DNA from: Pseudovirgaria hyperparasitica
Taxonomy: Eukaryota
Length of the DNA stretch: 64,000 bases
Strand: one strand, 5' to 3'
Assembly: GCA_010093815.1 (NCBI GenBank)
Contig: ML996571.1
The translations under genes were made by a program, and so were the position numbers. Positions 14,191 through 26,133 of the stretch are shown in pieces; positions within the stretch are counted from its first letter, which is position 1; every line of letters begins with the position of its first letter. The notes under the pieces were generated by a model. That model saw only the letters and a program-made list of their open reading frames with translations, had not been told where the DNA came from and searched no databases.

Positions 14191-15368
14191 GGTATAATCG
14201 GGTGGTTAGTGTGGTCTGTGGAAACAGTGGATATTTTCTATAGTGCTGGACTGTTAGGAGGGGGCGTATGCCCGAGAGCTGAAGAAATGTTGATATTGTG
14301 GTTGATCTTGCAAGAGAATCTTTTACATGAATGACGGAGAACACTTCAAGCTGCCGTCATTCATGAGGGCAGTATACGGACGCAAAGTATTGTAAGAGGT
14401 AAATCACGAGTTCTGAATGAACCTGAGCAAGGCAAGAATTGGAATTTTAGGTCACTTCAAGTGATCTCTAAGTGATCTTATGTGTCCTTTTGCGTTCACC
14501 TCAGTATACATACATTAAACGATAACAAAGGGTTCCTGTTAAGACAGGCATTTCAGAACAAAGGTAACGGGGTGTTAAGAGGCATCGATCTATAACATTG
14601 TGCTTTCGTCTATCACATCAAACAATACATGCAAGTTCTTCAGAAGCTGACACTAACGGGAGTGATCAAATAGGGAGTTGTCGGAGCACAGATAGTGCAT
14701 ATAAATCTTCAGCAAATCTGATCCTCATTGACGTGGTTATAAAGAGGGTTTGATTTGGAGATTGAATAGTAGAGTAGTTCCGCGTATAGGAGAGGATTCT
14801 TATAATGGCAGAATACAGTACGTCATCATGTCGAATGGTCTCAAAAAATGATGATAGGAGTGACTTTGGGGATTGGGGTTCTATCAAACCCCATCCATGC
14901 AGAATGGCAAGAGTTCGTAAGAATATTTCATGGTCAAGGTTATTATCATATTTGCCCTCCGGAGCTGAGACCGCCGGGTATTGAGTGAATACTTCAGTGA
15001 TTAGGCTCCTCGCACAAATTTTCAAGTTAAGTTTACTACCTTGAGTGACTTAACGTGACTTGGCCGTGGTCACAAGAGTCTACCACTCCCTGCGGTATCG
15101 ATGAAATTGTGCGAACAACCATCCACCTCTGCTATTTACTCAATCCTCTGTCTTGGTATCAGTGCATATTTAAAGACAAACAACGATCAGGCAACACAAG
15201 GAGTTGAGTCTTTCTACTACGAAGGTATGTAATCATTTCTATCACCATCTTCTGGTCACTGTGGTTCTGCCAGTTGTTGGATGTGAGCAAACAAGCTCAC
15301 AGATTTCAGCCTAATCGCGAGGTTCCTACAGTCAAACTTCAAACAACTCACCCCAATTCCTAAGCAAA

Positions 15369-16019
15369 ATGTCAGACACTAAAGATGCTGCCTCTGGCTC
15401 ACGATCTTCCTGCTACCCAATCGCAATTCCAGCTCCAGTAACACCCCTCTCCCGTCTACCGTCCCCCTATGCAGCGCCCACGCCCGGGCCTCACGTGGGC
15501 AACACTCCTCCCTCAGCAACCCATTCCCACGGGTTCCTCCTTTACAACGCCCACGAGGCACTCTATAGCCCCGACAACCACATCAAGCCTAACGAGCACG
15601 ACCACTGGACCCACCACCTCGTTCCCCTCGTCCACCCAGACTACAAATACATGAGCCCAGACACACTGGTTGACCTGATCCGTACCGCCGGCCACGAGCT
15701 TGACAGGCGCGCCTTGGTTGCCAGTGGCGTCTCTGACCGAGAGCCCTGGGGGCACATCTCAAACGCTCGGCTCTTCAGCCTCCTAGAGCTCCTGGATGCT
15801 GACGAAGGTCGGAATGACCCGGCCCGCGCCTCTACTCGTGCCCCGGTGGCCTCCGCAATGAGAGAGGTGCAGGAACGTCTGGCGGCCAGACAGAGAGGTA
15901 GGGACCGGGATGCCGCTGAGACGATGGATGCAGCGGCGGTAGAGTTTCGCGGGCTGGAGTTGACGGAAGAGGACGTGGCGGCAGCGAGGATCTTGGAGAG
16001 CTTGCGTGGCAGCAAGTAG
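15369..16019 (+). CDS. Hypothetical (orphan) protein, 216 aa
   Basis: ATG in CAAAATG context, coding-like GC3 bias, single ORF; no family recognised. Confidence 0.6.
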   Translation: MSDTKDAASGSRSSCYPIAIPAPVTPLSRLPSPYAAPTPGPHVGNTPPSATHSHGFLLYNAHEALYSPDNHIKPNEHDHWTHHLVPLVHPDYKYMSPDTLVDLIRTAGHELDRRALVASGVSDREPWGHISNARLFSLLELLDADEGRNDPARASTRAPVASAMREVQERLAARQRGRDRDAAETMDAAAVEFRGLELTEEDVAAARILESLRGSK

Positions 16020-17480
16020 CCAAAAAGGAGGTATAGTGTGTGTTGACAATGGCGTAGACTGTAATGACTAGAAATGCACTTCCTGCTCCAGAGAAGTTGG
16101 ACTATTTGTGGAGAATGAAGAATCCAAGATTTTGGAAGAGACCTTGGTAGAATCTGCTATGTATAGTGATTACCGTGAACCAATACATACTCCAAAAGTC
16201 CTCTTATTAAGCAATCCAATTTCTTTGATTTCGACACCCTGAAAGCCTATATACCAACTCAAGATGTTTCCTCATAAGGCACTGAATGAACTTTATTTGT
16301 TGGCTATTTTGGGTAACAGCCCATGGATTCACGATGGCACACTACGGTGTTTGAAGCCGATCAATCTCGCTCGAGGAAAACCTCCAATTCCAGTACTTCG
16401 CCATGAGGTGATCGCAGCTTACTTACCTGGTACGAGAATCTTCCACCAGCCAAGGTCTGCGCGACATACATCTTTCACGCGGGATTTATATTACCTGAAA
16501 TAACATTGCATACAGGTGTTCACAACCTATCGCGCCTGGCGAAGTGTTCGCACACGCTTGCCGTTGCCGCTTAAGCGTTATGTGTTGTAGAGCATCATGT
16601 ATCTCACAAAGATGAAGCTTCGCACACGATTTGAAGCATTTCTTTAATATCTAATGAGCTTGCGAGTGGTCGACCACATTGCAGGGATTCATTCGGCGTG
16701 GTGGTATTTATGAGGTGACCAAGTTAGGTCCAAGTCGTCGTGCGGTCGATTAACAATCGAATTTTAGTGCCTGAGAAAATTCATTAGTTGACCAGCTTTG
16801 ACCTACGAGTCAATTAATAATGATTTTAGATTTGTATTTGCATCTACACTTGCGAGTAACCGACGAAGCAAATGATGAATGAAGGTTAGAACCTAGGCTA
16901 GCAAATAAAAATCGAAGTGTATCTGAACAGAGACTCGTTACGCAAGGCTGGGATTGACATCTCTTCCAGAGAGAAGTGGATGGTGCCAACAAGACTGGGA
17001 AATGTCGATCATGTGGCGATTATAGCGGCTTCAAGATGTTTGACTTAGAAATATAGCTGTCACTTGCTTCTGGTGGCTGTGAACCTTTGGAGTTAGGCCG
17101 TAGCGGACGAGGCGGTAATCGAATCTCGCAGCTGTGAAGTGTACGATCCAAGCTATGAGAGAGGCGGAAACTTCAAAACGAAAAAAGAGAAGAGAGGATT
17201 CTGAACTGAGCGCACAGATTATGAAAATTAAAGACAACAGAGAAGTCACAAAGAAGATCACAGGATGAAAGATACAGTAAAAGCACTTTTATTTTCGCAG
17301 ATAGTAAGCTATGAGACCGTGTCCAGACTGCAGCCAGATACCAAGTATCCGGCATAGCAGATAGGATCTATCCAAGCTTACGTGAGTGTGATGGGTTGAC
17401 AATATTGTTTGCCAACGGGACTCGATACGAGTCGGCTGCTCCGGGAGTCAGACCATAATAAACAAGATGAACTTTGCCAC

Positions 17481-17725
17481 AAGAAAAAGACACGCCGTGT
17501 ACAATAAGATATCTGCTTGACCATGAGGACGTGTTCAACATCGTGTGAAGAGTGTTGACGACCATGAGGTTGCAGATGAGTGACTCAAGATGCTTGAATC
17601 GGCTGTCCCGGAGAGACAGGCCATAAAGCTGTGAAAGAAAACAAATCGCTGTGTACAAGAAGTTAAGTGTGTAGACCATGAGGACTTTTCGCAGGTTGTG
17701 TGAAGACCGCGAGGAAGACCATGGG
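17481..17725. repeat. Diverged direct duplication, period about 155 bp
   Basis: GTGTACAA at 17497/17651, GACCATGAGGAC at 17519/17674, GTGTGAAGA at 17543/17698, GACCATG at 17560/17717. Confidence 0.75.
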
Positions 17726-17912
17726 AAATAAACAGGTGATCAAAGAAAAGACATGTGACAAAATGCAAAGTGGTGTTTCTAGCCAATGGCTTTTCCAATT
17801 TATGGTGTGACATTCATTGCCAATCACTCGTTCAGTGTAGTGTGACGTTCATTTTCGCAAGGGGATAGTGTAACGTGCATGATCAAACGCTTGTGCAAAG
17901 GGGAAGTGGTGA

Positions 17913-18097
17913 GTATGACACGCATTGCCAATCGCGTAGAAGGTGGTGGTTATGGCTCGCATTGCCAATCGCGTAGAATGTGTTTGGTATGGCTCGCATT
18001 GCCAATCGCGTAGAGGGTGGTGGGTATGGCGCGCATTGCCAATCGCGTAGGTAACAGGTAGTATGGCGTTCATTGCCAATCGCTTGTCAGTAATAAT
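17913..18097. repeat. Tandem array, 5 units of exactly 37 bp (about 27 conserved + 10 variable nt)
   Basis: CATTGCCAATCGC starts at 17923, 17960, 17997, 18034 and 18071; degenerate copy at 17815. Confidence 0.92.
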
Positions 18098-18129
18098 GTT
18101 CACAGTTGGACTTCCCTGCCGTCAAGTAT

Positions 18130-20138
18130 TCAGAGCTCCTCATCGTCCTCGCTCTCAATCTTCTGGGGCCCAGCAGCGTTGGCGTTGATGGCTACAAAGC
18201 TGTTGATAGGACCGGTATCCTTTGTGTCGGTGAGGAGAAGACTACCGCTAACAAGAGAGTCATTGGCTTCATCATCTTCCTTGACGGCATTGTCGGCTTC
18301 GTCGTCCTTGTTGACATCATCTTCTTCAACTTCATCATTGTCCTTGACGGCGACCTTGCTATCTTCCATGTCGACATCCTCATCCTCAGACTGGTTGTCA
18401 ATGTTCCAACCTGTGAGTCTGCGCTCAGGGATACGACCACTGGCATAGTCATCAATGTGACGGCTGTACTCAGACGCGACAGAAGCTTTGGTGCGGAGTG
18501 CACGCTTCTTGCTGGGCTTGATACGAGCACGCTGCTCATCAGTGGTAGCCTGGCGGTATGCATCAAGCTCAGGGCCGGTCAAGCTGACGCCAAAGAACTT
18601 CGCATTGAGCTTATTAGTGAGGACATTGGGACGCTCCTTGGTGGAGGCGTCCTTGAAGTCTTTGTCATTGAGGACAACGTCCCGGATAAACTCACGCTCC
18701 GCATAATCGTAACGGACAATTTTCTGGCGCTGCTTCATGCCGGTGTGGCGCTTGATGGCCTGGGAACGCCAGCGGTTGAGGACAGTGATGGTGTGAGGAT
18801 CTTGCCAGTTTCGGGGAACGTGGTGCCAGATGATCTTTGATTCCTTGTTTGGATCAGGATGAGGAATCTTCATGACCAACTTCGCTTGCTGATCGACTCT
18901 GACGCCCTTGTCAGTGTCGTGATAGCGTCCAGTGTAGAACTGCGTGGTGTCGGTAGAGGGGTTTGGGTAGCGGTCGGTGATGCTACCGACAGGGGTGTAA
19001 GAGGGCAAGCCAGCATCCTGGGGCTTCATGAAGAGATGCTTAGTATCCTGAATGGCCTGAGAATGGGTACGGTCTGTTTGGGCTCGCTTGGACTTTGGAA
19101 GACGAGACTTTGTCTCCTCGAAATCCTCATCCTTGACATGGGACTGCTCCTCGGACGATGTTTCCTGCTATATCAATCAGTACGTCGTTAGGACCAACTC
19201 TACGAAGTGAAAACTTACGGAAGAATTGGCAATTCTCTGCTGTCTTTTTGAAGACCTGCTGACCTTAAGAGCGAGCTGCCTTTTGCTACCCGTAGCTGGA
19301 GTCTGATCGTACTCAGAAACATCGGACTCAGCATCACTTGCGTCAGCTTCCGAATAGCCAGTCTTGCGCATACTTCCATAAGATTTCACAGTCTGTTCAT
19401 GCTGCTGGACTGTCAGCGCAAAGGTTTGTGCTCAGGAACAGTTTGACTTACTGGCTTGCTGTCCTTCGGTGCTTGAGTATCCTCGACCTGACGCCTCATG
19501 TAATCACACGAGGCCACTTTCTGATCGTGAGTCATTTTGTTGTAGTACGCGAAGATACGCTCCATCATCGCTGCGGAAGAATCCCTGGCTTTTTGCGAGG
19601 CGACAGCAGTGGCGTTGCGGGTGCGTCTAGTGGTAGACGTCTGAGGCACATTGAGAGTCTTTGCTTTGGCCTTCTCCTGAGGAGACGATCCTAGGAACTG
19701 GACACCGCTGGAGAGTTTATCATCCATTGTGGATGACTCAGAGCGTTTCAAGCCAGTGTTGAACACAGCACTGTCATTGTCTGACGAGCAAGACGAAAGA
19801 GATGAAGACGACGTGAAGACCTGGCTTTGCTTGGTCTCATTGCTGGTTCGACGACTGTCAGTCTTCATGAAGGCGTTCCTAGCTGGATCGAAGAAATCCT
19901 TCTTGGGAAACATTGCGTTGAGAGTAGACACGTTGGACATATGACCAAAGTAGCCACTACCAGGAGTCCCGACAAAGCTGGTGTTCCGAGACAGTGACTG
20001 TCCCTGGCCATCAACTGCTTCGCTGAGGTCACCGGAGGGCGCACTACTACGAACTGCGTTCAACGTCAGTTTCACAACACGTCTCAAAGTTGCTGAAAAG
20101 TGAGACTCACCAAAGGATTCCATAGGAGTGACAGACAT
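18130..20138 (-). CDS. Hypothetical protein, 3 exons, about 636 aa, acidic C-terminus
   Basis: Exons 20138-19452, 19404-19219 and 19167-18130 splice in phase with GTAAGT donors and CAG/TAG acceptors; ordered-looking segment NWQDPHTITVLNRWRSQ; no function recognised. Confidence 0.7.
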
Positions 20139-21313
20139 GGTTACAGTTGAATAGCAAGTCAGAGTGGGAGTAAGAAACGTTGATTGAAGTAATTGGGAAG
20201 TGTGTAGGGAAACTGCTCGATGAGAGGAGATCGAGCAGAGAGATGTAGTTGAGATGAAGGAGAAAGAGACCCGACAGAGATTTTAAGGGTGGAAGGGCGA
20301 GCGTGGTCACCGCGAGATTGCTCGTAAACAAGTGAACATTGCTAGCGTGCTTCAACGTCAGCACTTCACAACACGCGACGCAGAGCCATTCTATTGTACA
20401 CCACAGTAGCCCTACTGTTTGCGGAGAGCTCTACTATCCCCACCTCTGAATACCAATCAATCAATGCCCCTATAGTGACTGACAAGGGCTCTATTGAGCA
20501 AACCTGGGGCGATGGACTTTGATGCGCCGAAGACAGGCCACGAAGTGAGCGAGTATTGAGGAGCTAGGCTTGAACAGTGTGAGGCAATATTAACCGTTAG
20601 GCTGCCATTGAGACGACCAAAGCCCAGGAAGTCGAAAGCGGGTTGACTGACGTCAACACAGTTCGAGCTGTGCTGCCAATCCAATGACGAACAACGTGAA
20701 ACAACACACTCGGAGTGGGGCAAGCGGCACAGACCCCCTGTAGAGAGCAGCGATATGAGTGAAAGGGCTCACGAAACTGCGTGTGTTGCCATGTCCTTAT
20801 CTACACAGGTAGAATCTCGGTGCTGTCGAAATGAACTTGTCAGCAAATATTCTTGTTCAGGTAGCTTCGTCGGGACGTACTTCATACATAGATGAATAAC
20901 ATTATGCGAGCTCTGGCGAGCACGATGTTGTAACATTGCGGACCTGCGTCATCCGAGGAACATCTTAGAATCTCTTTGGATCCCAAAGAGTCCATACATC
21001 GAAGAGGTTTCAGAAACCTGTAAAGATCCCTTGCTCGAACCAGGTCCATGATATAATGTCTACACTCTGTGAAGACATTTGATTTAAACCATGAAACGGC
21101 TCGAATCAGCTCTCTAGTCTCCATGTGCTTCGTTTCTAGCTCACAGTCGTCATCGAGACTGCTAAGCGAGCTCGTTCTCTGCGCCTCTCCTGGAAATCAG
21201 CGTGAAGTGCGTGACCAGAAGTGATATTCTCGAACCCAAAGACGTCCAGGTCACGTTATGTCTCTTTTTTGGCACAACATATGCCAGTGAAATTTGCGAG
21301 AGTTCAGTCAGCG

Positions 21314-21416
21314 GCACTTATGGCGTAAAGTCAACAACGCGCACTTAATCAAGACCAAAAAAGTCCTACCATGGAGACTTTCTGCAGATCCCCCGGTTCA
21401 AATCCCGGGGGTTGTA
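21314..21416 (+). ncRNA. tRNA-like / Pol III element (probable tRNA pseudogene or tRNA-derived RNA)
   Basis: A-box-like TGGCGTAAAG with D-stem GCGT/ACGC, B-box GGTTCAAATCC inside a C-rich/G-rich stem, T-run at 21418-21421; acceptor and anticodon stems are poor. Confidence 0.4.
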
Positions 21417-23174
21417 GTTTTGCTCTGGCTTTTGACGTTATGAAACGAGGTTCTAAGATATTCATCTCTCTCTATGCTCTTCCATTCTCTTTTGGTTTCC
21501 TGCAAGAATGCATTGGTTCGTCCTCTATCTATATGTTCGTTTAATGCAAGAGCTTTTTGCTAGACAGACGATAAGGAGAAGCGGATTACTGCATTTCACA
21601 TAGACGTTGTAGAGACAAAGATTGACAAGTACAAAGAAAAGAAAGAAAGCGGTTTAGTCAGGAGAAGACCTATTTATTACCTCTCGATCCGCAGATCTGC
21701 CTTAAACATGGTACTTTATTCTTCTGATGGAAAGTCTGATTCTCGCGATTTAACACGCGCGGCTACCATCGCTTGAGTGCAGCTGTATTGTTTTCATCTG
21801 CGAATCTGGAAGACGTTGGCCTCACCAGAAACGCTAACCTTAGATAGGTTAGACCACCCGCACTCGGATTCTGACTGTGCTAGATTAACTCAAGTTGATT
21901 TCAGCTTCCTTACAGCGACAGTAAGTAAAATGCATCTAGAGAAGGGGCAATGAGTACTGTATGCAGCAGTCCCATGTAATGCCAAATGATCTAGCTGTGG
22001 TGGCACACGTTGGTCACCTATCTTGGTAACAGCGGGAGTAGATGATCATAATTTGGCGAATAGGGGCTCCAGAAGACTTTGCTTGGCTCGAGGCTCGCAT
22101 CGTAATTTCAAAAGAAGGGTGCGTGACAGGAGATAATGAATGCGGCACACCAGTCAGTCTACGGCACCTTTTGTGGAAATGGAAAATGATAGGAATGCGG
22201 TGGCGATAGGAAAGTAGAGGAGTGAGCAGAACAAAATAAGTGGTTGGCGTGGTGGAAAACAAAGGCAGAAAGATCGGGCATATCATCCAACCAGCAAGTA
22301 GTATATGAGGTCAACTGAGAGGTGGTTGTGATTGGTAGAAGAGACTGTTTGGTGGTGGGGACTGGTCATCATCATCTGCCTCCATGCACGATATGCGTAT
22401 GCGTTCTTCCCTCTGCAACAAGATGCTCCGATGGAGTTTATGCTGACCGCATGTAAGTAACAAGTGTGCCGCTTCTGGAGAATGTGAAGATCGATGGGTG
22501 TAGAACTCTACAATATACATGTGAATAGATTTTTCCAATGTCTGCGACAGAATCGAGGAAGGGCGGTTGATTAAATAATCCATAGTGTATTGATTAGTGG
22601 TTAATTAAAAATCAGCTGCCCACGCGAGATGGCGCGCCAGACGACCCGCCAGACCACAAGGACTTTAGGGACCCATAGGGAACTACCACCAGCCAGCCAG
22701 CAAGCGCGACTGCAGGCCCCTGTGTTCAGGGCTTCAGGGTCCGACCATACCTAACAAGGATATCTCCATCTTCATCTCCATCGCCATCCTCCTGAAGCTT
22801 CCCCTCGACGTTCTCCGTGCGCACAACTTCCACCCTACACCTCCACCTCGCCTCTAGCTCGTTCTATGACTGTAGCAGCCTCCTCACGCAGTCACTCTCA
22901 TTGTTCTCTATCATTATTTATCCTTGTCCCAGCCCGTGCTAATCCCACACAAAACCTTGTTTGACCGCACTGAGACCAATCTAAAACGCTGTTGACAATC
23001 GAGTCGCTTTGTCGTGTACATTCTTCTCGACTTGGTGGAGAAATACAGAATTCATTGTTGCAAGCACGAACAAGCATTAATTCATATCACAAAGCGCCCC
23101 CAACAACATTTCTGCTGCACTTGTAGCCGCGGATCGATGCCCATGACCTGATCCTCCCACAATTCGAATTCGAA

Positions 23175-26133
23175 ATGGAGCAGCCTCTCGATGTTAGCTC
23201 TGACTCAACAGAGTCACGCCCAGACCGTAGTCCTCGGACACATGTCGACAGCGGCAAATTACCAACTGATTCTATGGTCACCGTTAGCCTATCAGAGCCA
23301 AGATCGGAACGTAACACTGTAATATCAGATGCTTCAGATGGACTCGATAGTATGAGAGCTACCAACGATGGAGGAAGAAACAATGCCTCACGAGAGGACT
23401 CTATCAGCTCCATACCAGTCATCACAAACTCCGTCGAGGATCATCAAGAGCTATATAGCAACAGCTCCCGTCCCGCTAGCTCCATCCCTGAAGCGACAGT
23501 AGAGGTAGATTGGGCGCGCCTAGACCAGAAAGAGAGTGAGGAGATGAGAGATGAGCGTTCAGACGAGGCATGTATACTACCGCATGTGGACAAATAAACA
23601 TTCAGCTGACCGTAATAATATAGGCTACGGCTCTGCTCCTTGCGCGGCTGGACCAAGAGAACAATCGCCTCGCAAAAGACCCCAAATCTGGCTTGAAGAG
23701 GCGCGAACGCAGCGAGTCTCGACCACCATCAATGCAACAGTTGCGGAAGATGCTTGAACAAGACCCTTCTACTATCCGATATTCCTACCTTCCCTCTCCT
23801 CCACCAATGACTGAATTAGAATTCTGGGCGGCTCTAGCAAGCAATTACCCGGAAACCGCCCTTCGATTGCCCATTCTCACATCCAACAAGATTCGTGCAG
23901 GTGTTCCTGATCCCTTGCGCGGCCAAATATGGCTCAGCATGGCTGGTGCTAGAGACCCATCCCTAGAGGAGAGATACAACCATCTCTGCAGAGAGTCAAG
24001 TCCACACGAGCCACAGATCAGCAAAGATGTGGGTCGGAGCTTTCCAAACCATGAATACTTTAGAACCCCACAAAGTGACGGCCAACGAGCCCTGTCCAAC
24101 GTACTGAAGTGTTTCAGTATATATGATTCTGACATAGGGTACTGTCAAGGTCTTGGGTTTCCAGTCGGGACTTTACTGAAGAATATGAGTGAGAGAGAAG
24201 CATTCTGCGTCCTCGTACGGTATGTTGAATCATATGAGTGCTGTTAACACCACTAATTTCTTATAGGCTTATCAATGAATACAACCTCCGTAGCTGCTTC
24301 TTACCAGAGCTCCCTGGTCTTCACCTACGAGTTTATCAGTTCCAGCAACTATTACGACAGCACCTTCCCATTCTAGCGTCACACTTTGACGAGATATCCA
24401 TCAATGGGGCTGATTATCTCACGCAATGGTGCTTGTCACTATTCGCTGCACACTGTCCTGACTCGATGCTCTTCCGCATATACGATGTGATGTTTGCTGA
24501 GGGCGCTTCAGAGACCATTATGCGCGTGGCTCTATCGATCATGCGCAGGAACGAAGAAAGACTTCTCAAAGCAGACTACGAAGAAGCCATGGCAGTTCTT
24601 CTAGGCCCGCAAGTCTGGGAACCATATGGGCATGAACCTGAGGCCGCAAATGAACTCATTACCGACTTCACTAGCTTCACAGGCATAGTGACGAAAGACA
24701 TTCTCGAAAACCTTGAAGCAAGCTTCAAAGAGGCCCAGACAATCGGTGGTTCTAGATCAGAAGCGTCTCCAGGTATCCAGTCTGCAGCTGCAAAATTCTT
24801 TGGTCGTCTCTGGGTCACATCTTCTACGATCGCCAAGCCACAATCTCTAAGTCCTGGAATACCGAACCAAAATCAGAATCGGCGTTCGAGTGGATTTATG
24901 TTACTTCGTCGAACAACGTCTAAACAAAGTTTGACCTCAACAATCAACTCGGCGGGTGTCCCGTCTGATGGAACAACAAGCTTTATCAGTGAAGCTGCTA
25001 CACATGCTACATCATTATCGAGACATTCTTCCGGAGACGAGCTCTCAATCAAGTCACCAACAGAGTCCGGAACTCTGACAGGCCGCAACGTCATACCAAG
25101 CAAAGATCGGGAAATGCATCAGGAGATCGAGGAACTGCTCATGGCACTGAGCGAGCGTCAACGTGAAAACGCATTACTTGTTTCTCAACTTCAGAAAAGT
25201 CACGAAGATCGTGCAGAAGACCAGCGCACCGTGAAGACCTTACTGGATCGTCTAAAACAGCCGCGCTCACCACCAGGATCGCCCTCCGAGGGTAAGCCTA
25301 CGCGTCGCAGGACGACTGTGTCGGCAGGCTTACTTACTATAACTACGCCTTCGTCTCTCTCTGTCGAGCTACCCGATGACGTTCAAACCATGATACACGA
25401 TATGTCGGTCCGTTTCAGTGACGACGCCCAACTTGCTCGAAAATCTTCGACTTTCGAAACGAAATCGTCACTACGAGATGCTCTCAGCCGAATCAGAGAG
25501 CAACTCCACGCAAAAAGCACCCTCTGCGATGCCCTCTCACAGGAGCTCAGTGAAGAGAAGTCTCAGTCACACGCAGCTCAAGAGGCACTCAAAGAAACTC
25601 GCCAGCGATTACAAGACTCTTACAATAGGAGCAATAATCTCGAGAAATCAGTGCAAGATTTACGCCGCAACGACCGTCGACCTAGTAGCACCCATCAGGA
25701 AGGTAGCACACCACCACTTAGCCGTGCTGACACTGGTGATTCTACCACATCCTCACTTGGAGGGCTACGCGAGTTTAAGCTAGGTCGAGCAGGCTCTGTC
25801 AATCAGCCCGCCAAAGGTATTACTAACTTGCCCAAGCGAGGCTCGTCTCTGATTGCAGCGAGCGAAAATCATAACCCAATGAACCAAGACGCGCTCCTTG
25901 TCGAGTTGGTTAGCGCTAAGACTGCAGAAGCCAGTGCAAGGCAAGAGCTTGAAGAGTTGAAAAACAAATTTGAATCGCTACGTAGAGCGATTGCTGGAGG
26001 AGGAGCCAACATGCCACAGACGCCGAAAACGGAAATGCCTCCGAGCAGTACGATTGCTGGAGGAGGCGGGTTTTGGGGATGGGGTAGGCGGACGGCGAGC
26101 ACGGCGACGATAATACCAGCCGATACTCGATGA
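23175..26133 (+). CDS. TBC-domain Rab GTPase-activating protein (Gyp5/EVI5-like) with coiled coils
   Basis: GVPDPLRGQIW, ISKDVGRSFP (Arg finger), GYCQG (Gln finger), YLTQW; introns 23568-23623 (GC-AG) and about 24220-24266. Confidence 0.92.

Noticed and set aside
14666..15025. 119-aa minus-strand ORF in the orphan block
   Set aside because: No ATG start, AT-rich composition, no motif or convincing splice partner; could be a relic but is unsupported.
17913..18097. Calling the 37-bp array a CRISPR array
   Set aside because: Variable segments are only about 10 nt and partly related to each other, no cas-like genes are present, and the host is a fungus.
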